IMG/VR virus record: IMGVR_UViG_3300010376_000005
Span: 1,971-65,970 of that record
Length of the DNA stretch: 64,000 nt
Direction: 5' to 3' (one strand)
From: a virus
Lineage: Duplodnaviria; Caudoviricetes
Part shown: piece after piece, positions 52,336 to 62,205 of the stretch
Position numbering within the stretch: the first letter of the stretch is position 1
Layout: each line of letters starts with the position of its first letter
Notes under the pieces: generated by a model
Told to the model about the DNA's origin: nothing
Database searches by the model: none
Seen by the model: the letters and a program-made list of their open reading frames with translations, nothing else
Position numbers and translations under genes: made by a program

Positions 52336-52569
52336 ATGGATACCCATCGAACCATCCGCGTCGGCGAGTCCTGGGTGTCTGGCGCGAGTGCGGAGACTCG
52401 AACCCACACCGTCTCGGTGACCGTCGAGATCGGCGGCGACATCCTCACCGACACCGGCCTGGGGCTGGCGATCCGCCTGCTGGAGCGCAAGCGAAACGAG
52501 CTTCGCAATCGCAAACTCAACAAGGCGGATCGCCGCACCCGAGAGCGGGAGGCCGACAGTGGCGTATGA
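52336..52569 (+). CDS. hypothetical protein
   Basis: 77 aa. Confidence 0.45.
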   Translation: MDTHRTIRVGESWVSGASAETRTHTVSVTVEIGGDILTDTGLGLAIRLLERKRNELRNRKLNKADRRTREREADSGV

Positions 52570-52801
52570 CGGAGTTCACGAGGTGCAAGGCGTCTATGCA
52601 GGGGAGTCGTCGTCCAGCACCCACAAGGGCTGGGTGTCCGTGGCGCAGGGTAATGGCGGCGTCCGCATCACCATTGAGATCAACCTCGCCGTCAGTGTGA
52701 CCATGTCGCCCACGGCGGCGCGGCGGCTGGCGACCATGCTCCGCCGACAGGCGACGCGGCACGAGCAGCGCATCCAGGCCGCCAAAGGGGACTCAACGTG
52801 A
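52559..52801 (+). CDS. hypothetical protein
   Basis: 80 aa, overlapping neighbours. Confidence 0.5.
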   Translation: MAYDGVHEVQGVYAGESSSSTHKGWVSVAQGNGGVRITIEINLAVSVTMSPTAARRLATMLRRQATRHEQRIQAAKGDST

Positions 52802-53052
52802 GTCCGCCCCGGCCGCCGCCCTGTCGCCGCGGCCACCTCCCTGGCGTGTGGCTGGGCGAGCGGATCGGCTGGACATGGCCGCGCTGCGACGCGTTCTGTC
52901 AGCCGATGACCAAAACGGAGGGGCTCACGCTACGGGTCGCGGTCGAGGCGCTGGAGAACGTCAAGCAGGCCTGCGTGACTGAAGAGACGTTCCAAATGGT
53001 GAGCGCGGCCCTCGCTCGCATCCGCGAACTCGTCGGGGCGGATCAGCGGTAG
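52798..53052 (+). CDS. hypothetical protein
   Basis: 84 aa, GTGA overlap. Confidence 0.45.
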   Translation: MSPPRPPPCRRGHLPGVWLGERIGWTWPRCDAFCQPMTKTEGLTLRVAVEALENVKQACVTEETFQMVSAALARIRELVGADQR

Positions 53053-53068
53053 ACGAACGCCGCCGCTG

Positions 53069-53132
53069 GACGTGGCTACGTTGTGGCGGCTACAACTGCC
53101 AGCCCGCGCCTCAGACGTGGCTACGTTGTGGC
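53069..53132 (+). repeat. 19-bp direct repeat, 2 copies
   Basis: GACGTGGCTACGTTGTGGC at 53069 and 53114. Confidence 0.75.
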
Positions 53133-53325
53133 TACACGCCTCAGTCTGAATTGTCGATCTCTCCCGGCGGCGGCCGCAGATCCTCCGGCTCATCCTCATC
53201 GCCTGGGTAGGGTCGGCCGACCGCCTTCCCATACGCCTTGCGCGATAGCCGATACGCCTCCTGCTTTCGCTCCGCCTCGGTGACGGCGAACAGGAACCGG
53301 GGATCTACACGGCTATGGTCGGCCA

Positions 53326-53835
53326 TCAGCGATAGGCGAACGCCGCCGCTCCCGCTCCGCCGGCTGCGCCAGGACCGCCGCCTGCGCCGCTGGAGATGAT
53401 GCCGATGATCGGCTGGCCGCCTGCGGTTGGCGAGCCCTGGTTGCCCGAGACGAGGACGCCGGAGCCTGAGGCGACGCCGCCTGCGCCGCCGAAAAGGCCC
53501 CCTGCAGCTCCTGGGCCGGCGACCTGATTGAAGCCCGCGCCGACCACGCTCGATGCGGTCGAGGTCAGACCTGGAGCGCCGCCTGCGGAGATCTCGACGG
53601 CGAACGAGAGCCCGACGGGGCCCAGCGGGATGACCACCTCGCACCAGCCGCCGGATCCGCCGCCGGCCGTCCCTCCGCCGCCGCCAGGACCGCCGACCTG
53701 CAGGGTCAGGCTCGTCGCGCCCGGCGGCGTGGTCTCGGTGTAGGTCCCAGCCACCATGTAGGCGTGGGTGACGGGGACGAACCCAGGCGGTTGCTGGTTG
53801 ACGGCGCTGAACGTGTCGCGGGCGGCGAAGGTCAT
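53326..53835 (-). CDS. glycine-rich tail-associated protein
   Basis: Start reassigned to MTFAARD (53835); GGPGGGGG..GGSGGW. Confidence 0.7.
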   Translation of the reverse strand: MTFAARDTFSAVNQQPPGFVPVTHAYMVAGTYTETTPPGATSLTLQVGGPGGGGGTAGGGSGGWCEVVIPLGPVGLSFAVEISAGGAPGLTSTASSVVGAGFNQVAGPGAAGGLFGGAGGVASGSGVLVSGNQGSPTAGGQPIIGIISSGAGGGPGAAGGAGAAAFAYR

Positions 53836-54725
53836 CAGGCGAATCCCGTCAGCAGAGCGGCGAGCCAGACGCCGTTGATGAAGGTGGCGACCAGCATGTC
53901 GATCGCCCCCGGCGCGGTCGATAGCACCCCTGGCGTGCCGTTGACCCATCGAAAGCTTGAGGGCCACAGCGCCGTGCGGTTGCCGGTGCTGTCCTGCTGC
54001 ATCTGGATGTTGACCGTCTGACCGTCGACCATGTTCGAGAACACGGGCGGGCTGCTCATGTTCGTCGTGAGGGTGACGCGGAACACATTCGACTTGCTGC
54101 AGTCGATCGGCATCGCCGCGGTTTGGAAGGCGAGCGCCTGGGTGAGGGTGGCGGCGCTGGCCTGCACGTCGAGCGGCTCTGTGACGGTCCAGAGGCCGAC
54201 ATTGCCGCCGACGGTGAGCGGGCCGCTGATGCTCAGGCCGCTGGTCGACGGGGCGTAGACGAGGCCTGTGGCGCCGGCCAGGGCCCCGCCAGCGTTGACC
54301 TGGACTTGGTTGGCAGATCCGCCCGCGCCCGTGTTGGCCGTGTCGCCGAACCGGGCGCCGTTGATCGGGTCGATGACGACGGTCGCGGCGACGCCTGACT
54401 GCACCTCGATCGTGGTGCCGCCATTGGCCGAGGCGAACCAGATCGAGTTGTCGCTGGTGAGGTTCCACACGAACAAGAACCGCGCCACGCCCGCGGGCAA
54501 TTGGAAGGTGATCGAGGCGGTCGGGGATCCGGTGACCACCAAGCTGGCGCAGCCGTACTGGGCCAAGGTCAGCGTCTGCACGCCGCTCAGGCCCGTCGCA
54601 TTGATCATGGCGACGGTCCCGAAGGCGGTGTCGATCGTCTGCGAGGTCGCGTTGACCACGCTATCCCACGTCCCGACGTCGGCCCCGTTCGCCGGCTGCT
54701 GGATGCTGAGGTTCGTCGTGACCAT
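53835..54725 (-). CDS. tail/fibre-associated structural protein
   Basis: GADVGTWDSVVN..ID; C-terminal QQDSTGNRT..WPSSFRW..LSTAPGAID. Confidence 0.7.
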   Translation of the reverse strand: MVTTNLSIQQPANGADVGTWDSVVNATSQTIDTAFGTVAMINATGLSGVQTLTLAQYGCASLVVTGSPTASITFQLPAGVARFLFVWNLTSDNSIWFASANGGTTIEVQSGVAATVVIDPINGARFGDTANTGAGGSANQVQVNAGGALAGATGLVYAPSTSGLSISGPLTVGGNVGLWTVTEPLDVQASAATLTQALAFQTAAMPIDCSKSNVFRVTLTTNMSSPPVFSNMVDGQTVNIQMQQDSTGNRTALWPSSFRWVNGTPGVLSTAPGAIDMLVATFINGVWLAALLTGFA

Positions 54726-57337
54726 TAGAAGCCTCGCTGAGCCACCTGCAGCGCGCGCGCTACCGTGTCATCGGAAAGTCCGAGGAGGGGCTTGGTGGCC
54801 GCCTGGGAGGCCCTCTGCGCCCGTTCTGCGCGCTGCATCAGCTTTTCGGTCATGTCGCCGACCTCGCCGCCGACGGCGAAGCCGATCCGGCCGCCCGCGG
54901 CCTGCGGCGTTGCGTCGATCAGCTTATCCCAGTCGTCGTGGTCGTGGGCTGCGGTCGCGTCTTTAGGCGGCTCGACCGGCTCGGCGTCTGGCGTCGCGGA
55001 GTTGTCGACCACGGGTGCTGCTGACGTTGGCGCTGGCGCTGGCGTTAGCGCCTGCAGCCCAACAGCGTGCGCCCTCGACAGCGCGGGCGCGGCCGTACCG
55101 GCGGCCTCGACGCCAGCGGCGACCGGATTGATGAGACCGCCAGCCGTGGGCGCGCCAGCCCTGGCGGCCCCACGGGCGAAGTGTCCTGTAAGCGCCTCGC
55201 CAGCAGCCTCGGCGCCGACTCCAGCCGCTCCAAGGACTGGCTCCCTGACGATCCACGGAACCGCGTGGAGGGCGGGGATCAGCGGCGCCATGGCCGCGCT
55301 GAATAGTCCGGCGCCGGTTGCGCGCGCCACCGGGCCCAGACCTGGGGAGCCACCTGCCATCGGGTTGTCCAGCGCATCGGTGGCGCTGGCGGCCAGCCGC
55401 AGGTCTGAAGCCTCGGTCGGCGAGAACACCTGCTGACCAAGTGGGGTGTCGAGGAAAGCGCGGACAGCGCTTGGCTTGGCGACCATGGCGCCCGTCTGCG
55501 GATCGGTTGCGAGCGCGGTCTGGCGGATGTGGTCGTCCAGCGCCTGCTTAGAGGCAGGATCGGCAAAGGGGCCGTTGGCGAGGTCTTCGTAGAGTTTCGA
55601 CGCCGTGGCTGGCGTCTTTAGCGTTCCGGGTTTCACCAAGTCCTTGGCAAGTTCAGCGTGCGCCGTTTCAGCACTGCCGCCAAGATCTACATCGCCAGGA
55701 GCGCTATCCACTGCCTGGATACCGCTCTTTTTGACGGCCCTACGTACAGTTGGATTGGCGTCGTTGCCGAAATTATTATGGTAACTTTGATTTGCTTTGT
55801 TGGCGTTGCGATAGTTGATGAACGAGTCAGGGGTCGTGTCAGGCGATACCGCCGCGCCGGCTGGTTGGGCTTTATCACCGAGCCCCCACCTCTCGGCCCA
55901 AGCATTCAGGTCAGGATCAATGTCGCTGAGCGACACTCCTGAGGCTGGCGTCACGGGCGTCGCGCCGGCCATGTCCGTCACGGATTTATCGAAGGCGCCC
56001 TTCAGGACGCCTGTCTCATGCGGCGTGAGGCTGGTGTCCAGATTGCCGATGCCTCTGCGAAGGTCATTGAGGTTGGGGAAGGTGAGCTTCCCCGCATCGC
56101 CGAAGACCTTGGTCGCGTCCGTCAGTCGGGTGATCGCGTTCGCCAGACCTGGGCGCGCAGCCTCCAGCAGCTTCGGATTGGACTCGATCTGGTTCTTAGG
56201 GTCCTCCAGCGCCGCCTTGATGTTCTGGCCAAGCGTGCTCTGGAACGTCGCCGGATCGACCGTACCGGGGCTGGAGGTGCGCGCCGTCTTGTAGGCGTTA
56301 TCGACAGCCGTCTTCGCCTGCGTGTGGGCCTCGTTCAGCGTGTCGCCGAGCACGGTGTCGCTGACCGGCGGCCCGGCCATCGCTTGCAGTTTCTGGCCGA
56401 TCGCCGCTTTGCCGTTGGCGATCATCTTGTCCGTCACCGCCTGCGCCGACCTTGGAGGCGCGGCGCCCGTCACTGGACCTCGCGGCGCTGGGACGCCGTG
56501 ATAGGTGATCAGGCCCTCCCGCACGGCGGCCGGGTTGACGCCCTTGTTCTGCATCGCTGACGCCACAGCGGTCCTGACCCCAGGGCGCGCCAGATCTGCG
56601 TCCGTGAGGCCGGGCGCGGCCTGCGAAATCATCGCGCGGGCTTTAGGCGTGAACGCGCCGTTCTGGTCGAGGACTGCGCCCCCGCGGACCGCCGTGCGAG
56701 CCGCTCGCGCGCCCCTGGCCGCGAGTGAGCCGGACAGTTGGAGTGGATCGACATACTTGGCTGCACCCAGCGCGCGCCCGATCGCGGACTCGCCCGTCAA
56801 GGCCTCGCCGCCGGCCGCGATCGTGCCGAGATCCATCGCCGTGCCGCCAGGATCCTGGACCGCTGTGCTGACGACGTTCTGGGGGTTGCCATAGGGGTGC
56901 CGCGGATCGATCCCGACGTATCTCTGGTTGAGGTTACGCACGATGTCGGCCCCGATGGACGGGGTGCCTGGAGCGGGTTTCCGCGGCGGCGTTATGTTGA
57001 GCGCGCGGAGCGCCGGATCGAGCGTGGATCCACCAAAGGCGTCGTAGAGGCCATAGGTGAGGCGCGGGTCTGGGTGGACGATGGCGCGTCCGACGTTTCG
57101 GATGTCCTCGGCGGCGGTAGGGAAGAAACGGTGCGCGACCGCGCTCGGCAGGTCCGCGAGCGTCTCCTGGCCTTTCGGCGGCGCGTTGTAGGTCGGCGAG
57201 AACGTACTCGCCAGCGACGTCCACGGATCTCTGGGAGCCGGCGGTGCGGCCCGTGGCGGCGGCCTGGGCGGCGCAGATCTCGGTGGCGTCGCGGCGGGAC
57301 GCCCGTCAATCAGATCATCCCATGGATCGCGGGCCAT
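54725..57337 (-). CDS. large internal virion (ejection) protein
   Basis: 870 aa, Ala-rich; AAGGRIGFAVGG then C-terminal LL..SDDTVARAL..A. Confidence 0.65.
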   Translation of the reverse strand: MARDPWDDLIDGRPAATPPRSAPPRPPPRAAPPAPRDPWTSLASTFSPTYNAPPKGQETLADLPSAVAHRFFPTAAEDIRNVGRAIVHPDPRLTYGLYDAFGGSTLDPALRALNITPPRKPAPGTPSIGADIVRNLNQRYVGIDPRHPYGNPQNVVSTAVQDPGGTAMDLGTIAAGGEALTGESAIGRALGAAKYVDPLQLSGSLAARGARAARTAVRGGAVLDQNGAFTPKARAMISQAAPGLTDADLARPGVRTAVASAMQNKGVNPAAVREGLITYHGVPAPRGPVTGAAPPRSAQAVTDKMIANGKAAIGQKLQAMAGPPVSDTVLGDTLNEAHTQAKTAVDNAYKTARTSSPGTVDPATFQSTLGQNIKAALEDPKNQIESNPKLLEAARPGLANAITRLTDATKVFGDAGKLTFPNLNDLRRGIGNLDTSLTPHETGVLKGAFDKSVTDMAGATPVTPASGVSLSDIDPDLNAWAERWGLGDKAQPAGAAVSPDTTPDSFINYRNANKANQSYHNNFGNDANPTVRRAVKKSGIQAVDSAPGDVDLGGSAETAHAELAKDLVKPGTLKTPATASKLYEDLANGPFADPASKQALDDHIRQTALATDPQTGAMVAKPSAVRAFLDTPLGQQVFSPTEASDLRLAASATDALDNPMAGGSPGLGPVARATGAGLFSAAMAPLIPALHAVPWIVREPVLGAAGVGAEAAGEALTGHFARGAARAGAPTAGGLINPVAAGVEAAGTAAPALSRAHAVGLQALTPAPAPTSAAPVVDNSATPDAEPVEPPKDATAAHDHDDWDKLIDATPQAAGGRIGFAVGGEVGDMTEKLMQRAERAQRASQAATKPLLGLSDDTVARALQVAQRGF

Positions 57338-57343
57338 CTTATC

Positions 57344-60300
57344 TCACTGGTTGGGGACCAAGCTGAAGCCGGTGGCGGAACGGGCGTCGGTGATCGCCAT
57401 GCGCCCCTTGTATCGGCCCGAAGGGATGATGAACGGCGTCCCATGATCCGGGTTCTGCGCCGTGGCCTTCGGCCAGTTCTGGACTTGGGCTGCCGAGGTC
57501 GGGTGGCGCGGATGCGCTTCCTTCTCCGCCAGGGACATACCTTGGAAATAAGGGATCTTGTCGGCGGCGCGCTGGTTGAAGCCGTCGATGGGGTGCTCCT
57601 TGGCCCAATCGGTGTCGTAGTCGCTGACGTTCGGGGCCGTGACGTGCTGTCGGTTGGCGCGCCAATCGGTCAGTTGCTGAGCCTTCTGATCAAGGGCGCC
57701 CTGTAGCTGGCTGATGATGCTGAAGCGCGTGGCGGGCCCCAGACTCGGGTCGGGGAGCGCCGCTTGCGAGCCCGACAGACCGGCGGCTGGAGCGCCGTGC
57801 AGGATCTCAGCCCCGAGCGCCCCGGCGGCGCCGGTAAACGCCAACCGCATCGTGTCCTTCTTGCCGGTCTGATAGGCTTCCTGGACGCGCTTGTCGGCGT
57901 TGGTGACGACGCTCTCGAACGGCGTGCCTCGCGCCTTGGCGACGATGTCCGCCCAAGCTGACTCCATGCCTTCCGGATCCGTAGTGCCGTAGAGGCGGGT
58001 CAGGTCGCCCACCAGCGTTTTGGTCGTCGAGTATTGGCCGTTGGGGTCGAAGAACTGTGAGGCTTCGGCGTTGCGGTGATCGATGACTGCTTGGCCAGTT
58101 TGCTGCTGGCTCATGTTGTTCGCCACAGCCTGAGCATTTTGCTGGTAACCCGTCTCGAACGTCCCGTCTTTGCGTCGCGGCAGCGTTCCGTGACCCCCGG
58201 TGACCTCATCGTACCGCTTCTGTGCGGCATCGGCGTCGCCGGGACGGCCTGCTGCGTTGTTCGCGATGACCGCAGCACGCAGCATGTCGGGGTTATCCAG
58301 GTCTTGCAGTTGCGACGTATCCACCTGCTGCAAGGGGACGCCTGACGTCGCGTAGTCGCCGTTGGCAAGCTTGGCCGTTACCGACGCGCCAGCGGCGAGT
58401 GGCGCGTGTGTGTGCGCAGTCGGCGCTACAGGAGATCCAACTTGATGAGCAGGAACACCGCCAGCGCCGCCAGCGCCGCCACCGCCAAACCCATCAGGCC
58501 CAGCCACCACACCAGGACCAATAGTGTGACCACCGGCACCCCCGGAATTCCCAAGGGAGACAGCACCCAGCGGAGCGGCGCGAGCAGGGAGCGAAGGTTG
58601 CGCCGGAGCGCCTGGAGATTGTCCTGAAGGAGGAGATCCATTCGAAGGTCCTATTGCCGCGGCGACTGGGTTCTGCCAACCGCCCGCCACGGCGCCATAA
58701 AGTTGATACGCTTGCTGTAGCAGCGCATTCCTGGCGTTTGTACCATCCTCCAGGCTGTATTGTTGACCCGTCATTGTGTCGCGATAGCCCGGCATCCCGT
58801 TCGCCAATTTGATAGGCGCGAAACGCGCGTCGATGATGTTGAGCGCGTGCTGGAAGGCAGGCCCGGCCACGTTCAGGCGCTGTGTCTGCGCCTCGTACGC
58901 TGTGATTGGGACGCCAGCGGCCTGCGCCTGGGTGCCGGTGCCGACCGTGGCCGTCTCCGCGGCTTGGCGCGCATTGGCCATGTCGTAGGCGCGTTGCTGC
59001 TGGTAGGCCGCGGCCCCTGAGGCGCCGCCGACCAACAGCGCCGTGAGCGGATGACTGGTCGGCGCAGACGCGGCTGCGCCCGCCGCCTCCGCGAGCGGGA
59101 TCCAATGTTCTGGCTGCGCAAGCCAGCCCAGGACGCCGGGCTTCTTCTGGTTTTGCGCCGCCACAAGCTGGTCGTACTTGTCCTGCTGAACCTCCTGACG
59201 CGCCCGCGCCACGTTCAAATAAGGGTCCATCCCGAGTGGAGGTTGAGGAGGCGCAGCAGCTCCGCCGAAGCCGGCCGTATCATCGGCCCTTGCCTTCCTC
59301 GGCGGCGGCGCAACCGACGTGTCGTCGGGGTGGATGCCCATGCTGGTGTCGACGCTGTCGTCCTGGACGACGCTGGGGTCGTCGGGGCCAACCACGCCTG
59401 CGCCCGCAAAGCCCCGGCGCACCGCGCCGCCCGTGGCGCGGATGCTGCGATCGGCCCATTGGACGAACTGACCGGCGGTCTTGCCGGCCATGATGTGGGG
59501 GTTCTCGCGGATCGCGATCGGCCGCACGAGGTTCTCCATCGGCGTCGACGGATCGGCCTGCAGCACGCGCGGACCCTCGTGGGGGCCCAGGATCCACATG
59601 ACGTGCTCGGTGGCCGGGTTCACCGGGATGTTCTGCGCCTGCAGCGTGGCGGCGTTGTCGGCGCGCAGATGCGGGACCATCTGGGCCTGCAGCGCATTGC
59701 CCTCGGGCGTGCCGTGCAGCGCCAGGATCTGCGCGTCGCTCATGCCGGCGGCGCGGTCGGGGAACACCTTCTTGAACTCGCCCAGGAACGTCCTGGGGAG
59801 GAACTGCCCAGGCCCGTTGGCGCCGGAGAGCGGGTTGAGGCCGGTCCCTTCAGACCTCAGCGTGCCAGCGAAGCCGGCGGGCGTTGGGGCGGCGCCAGGA
59901 GCCCCGCTGGGGCGGGCGGCGGCGGCGAGGCCAGGGGCTGGCGCGGCGGGACCGCCAGGGCCGTCTGCGGGGCTCTCCGGGGCCACAGCGTTGGCGAAGC
60001 CGGCTGGCCGGCGCCGCTGCGGCGCCGGGGTCGTCAGCGTCTGACGCAGGAGCGCGTCGAGGTCGGAATTCCTGTCGGCGGTCTCCAGGTCGCTGATCAG
60101 GTCGTTCGTCGGATCGCCGCCCGTCGCGAAGCCGATCCGGCCGCCACGGCGAGCGCCGCCCGCGAACTGCCCCGCGGTTTTCGCAATCTGTGCGGCATCG
60201 TCCATAAATTCCATGAAGCCGCTCTTCTGTGGCTTGGGCAGATCGGCCGGATGCAACTGGGCAGTCGACTGCGTATCGGGAATGTCGAGGCCAGCCCCTT

Positions 60301-62203
60301 GCGGGTGGTAGGGGTCCGTGCCCTGCGGCGGGGCGGTGGGATCAGAGCTGCCGCTGTCAGGCGTGTCGTCAAAGCCGCCATCCGCCCGGCCACGACGACG
60401 ACGTGCGCCGATGAAGCCGCCGGCCGCGGAGCCGATGTCGAACAGAGAACTGGCGTCAGCCGTGGCGTCCTGGGCAGCGCTGGCGGTGTCCTGGGCGGCG
60501 CTGCTGACGTCGGCAGCGGCGTCCTTGGCGGCGGACTCGGCGGACTCGGCGGCCTGGGCTGAGCCGTACGACGTGGGGAGGTCGTGCCACGCGGCCTGCG
60601 TGGCGGGAGAGGACGCGGCGCGGGCGGCGGCGGCGTCGGCATGGGCGGCCAGCATCTTTTGGCCGCCTTGCACGAGGCTCTTGCCTTGGTTCCAGAAGCT
60701 CCTGGCGTCGCCAGCGTCCTGCGCCGCCTGATGGATCGGATCGTAGTTCTCCCGCGGCTTCGGCAGCTCGGCGGGCGCGAGGTGCGCGATCGGCACGTTG
60801 GCCTGCGGCACGTAGCTCGATCCGCCGTGCGGCGCGCCGCTCGCCGAACCGCCGTAGAGGCCGCTCCCCGCGAATGGCCCGAAACTCCCCTCCTGCGCCT
60901 GTAGCATCTGGCCGATGTCCATCGGCACCACGCCAGCGGGATAGGCGACGCCGCCGAAGCCCTGGTAGCCGCCGGCCTGACGCGCGCGGCGCGGCTCCGC
61001 GTCCCAACCGGCGTTGTCGTTGGCCGCATTGGCGAAGCCGCCGCGCTCCGCCGCCTCCTGGGTGGCGCGGCCGTACTCGACCGCCTTGAAGCCGGACGGG
61101 GTCTCGGCGACCGCCTCGGGGTGACGCCGCTCGGTCTCCTGGGCGGAGAGGCCCATGCGCCACGTCGGATCGCCCTTGTAGCGGAACCTGTAGATGTTGG
61201 CGCCGTCGAAGCCTTTGCCGACCGGCTGCATGTCTTCCTTGACCCGCTCGTCGGACATGAACAGACCACCGGGCTGTGTGCCGGTAGTCGTCGAGCCAGA
61301 CAACGCGCCCGTTCCTTCGGCTATGTTGGCTAAGAATTGTGCAGTCTGGAACGGATATGACTGTTGTTGCAAGAATTGATTGTATAGAGCAGTAAGACCA
61401 GCCTGTTGTGTCTGTTGTTCTACTTGCCCAGCGCCGAGTTCTGCTTGCCCTTGCTGCAGCTCGGCCCCCTGCAGGCCCTGCCCCAGGCTGGCCAGAAGCT
61501 GCGCGTTGCTCTGTCCCATGCCGAAGCCTTGCTGCGCCAAGGCGGCCATGCTCTGGCCGGTCTGCTGCAGGGCCGCCCGGTTGGCCTGGGCGGCGGCGAG
61601 GTTGACGCCCTGCTGCTGCTGCGCCGTCGACAGCGCCTGATTGTAGGCGTCGCTGAGGATCCCCGAGTAGGTCTGCCCCGCAGCGAGCTGCTGCTGGCCC
61701 GCCAGCACGGCCGCGGCGATGCCTGATCGGTCGCCGCCGAAGGCGCCTGAGGAGATGGCGTTGCCCATCTGCCCAGCCTGCTGTTGCTGGTTGGTCTGGT
61801 TGATTAGGGCCTCGGTCGAGCCGAGCACGGTCCCCAGGTAGGGGTTCATGTACTGGCCGATCGTGGAGGCGTCGATCTGCGAGGGATCCACCGCCTGCCC
61901 GCCGGCCAGGGCGAAGCCGGTCGCCGAGTTCATGTACGGCTGCGCGCCTGCATAGGCGCCCTGCGCCGCGCTGGTGGCGGCCCCGTAGTACGACGGCGCG
62001 ACAGCGCCCGCATTGTTGATGGTGCCGATCCCCGCCTGCTGCTGGGCGTTTACGGGGGCGACGAAGGCGCTGGGATCGGTCGAATAGACCTGGAACGGCG
62101 CAGCCGCGGCTTGCTGGGCCTGCGCGTTGACTGAATTGTATCGCGCCAAGACCTGCGGAGGTATTGAAACTTGTGAGGAAGAGGTAGAGGTCTTACCGCC
62201 CAC
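57344..62203 (-). CDS. large ejection protein with internal S74-like chaperone domain and lytic-transglycosylase-like domain
   Basis: 1619 aa; SDERVKED..IYRFRYKG..MGLSAQE; SEG..NPLSGANGPGQF..TF. Confidence 0.8.
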   Translation of the reverse strand: MGGKTSTSSSQVSIPPQVLARYNSVNAQAQQAAAAPFQVYSTDPSAFVAPVNAQQQAGIGTINNAGAVAPSYYGAATSAAQGAYAGAQPYMNSATGFALAGGQAVDPSQIDASTIGQYMNPYLGTVLGSTEALINQTNQQQQAGQMGNAISSGAFGGDRSGIAAAVLAGQQQLAAGQTYSGILSDAYNQALSTAQQQQGVNLAAAQANRAALQQTGQSMAALAQQGFGMGQSNAQLLASLGQGLQGAELQQGQAELGAGQVEQQTQQAGLTALYNQFLQQQSYPFQTAQFLANIAEGTGALSGSTTTGTQPGGLFMSDERVKEDMQPVGKGFDGANIYRFRYKGDPTWRMGLSAQETERRHPEAVAETPSGFKAVEYGRATQEAAERGGFANAANDNAGWDAEPRRARQAGGYQGFGGVAYPAGVVPMDIGQMLQAQEGSFGPFAGSGLYGGSASGAPHGGSSYVPQANVPIAHLAPAELPKPRENYDPIHQAAQDAGDARSFWNQGKSLVQGGQKMLAAHADAAAARAASSPATQAAWHDLPTSYGSAQAAESAESAAKDAAADVSSAAQDTASAAQDATADASSLFDIGSAAGGFIGARRRRGRADGGFDDTPDSGSSDPTAPPQGTDPYHPQGAGLDIPDTQSTAQLHPADLPKPQKSGFMEFMDDAAQIAKTAGQFAGGARRGGRIGFATGGDPTNDLISDLETADRNSDLDALLRQTLTTPAPQRRRPAGFANAVAPESPADGPGGPAAPAPGLAAAARPSGAPGAAPTPAGFAGTLRSEGTGLNPLSGANGPGQFLPRTFLGEFKKVFPDRAAGMSDAQILALHGTPEGNALQAQMVPHLRADNAATLQAQNIPVNPATEHVMWILGPHEGPRVLQADPSTPMENLVRPIAIRENPHIMAGKTAGQFVQWADRSIRATGGAVRRGFAGAGVVGPDDPSVVQDDSVDTSMGIHPDDTSVAPPPRKARADDTAGFGGAAAPPQPPLGMDPYLNVARARQEVQQDKYDQLVAAQNQKKPGVLGWLAQPEHWIPLAEAAGAAASAPTSHPLTALLVGGASGAAAYQQQRAYDMANARQAAETATVGTGTQAQAAGVPITAYEAQTQRLNVAGPAFQHALNIIDARFAPIKLANGMPGYRDTMTGQQYSLEDGTNARNALLQQAYQLYGAVAGGWQNPVAAAIGPSNGSPPSGQSPGAPAQPSLPARAAPLGAVSLGNSGGAGGHTIGPGVVAGPDGFGGGGAGGAGGVPAHQVGSPVAPTAHTHAPLAAGASVTAKLANGDYATSGVPLQQVDTSQLQDLDNPDMLRAAVIANNAAGRPGDADAAQKRYDEVTGGHGTLPRRKDGTFETGYQQNAQAVANNMSQQQTGQAVIDHRNAEASQFFDPNGQYSTTKTLVGDLTRLYGTTDPEGMESAWADIVAKARGTPFESVVTNADKRVQEAYQTGKKDTMRLAFTGAAGALGAEILHGAPAAGLSGSQAALPDPSLGPATRFSIISQLQGALDQKAQQLTDWRANRQHVTAPNVSDYDTDWAKEHPIDGFNQRAADKIPYFQGMSLAEKEAHPRHPTSAAQVQNWPKATAQNPDHGTPFIIPSGRYKGRMAITDARSATGFSLVPNQ

Positions 62204-62205
62204 AG

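Noticed and set aside
53069-53132. Possible mini-CRISPR (19-bp repeat, 26-bp gap)
   Set aside because: Only two short copies; the gap reuses repeat submotifs; no cas genes.
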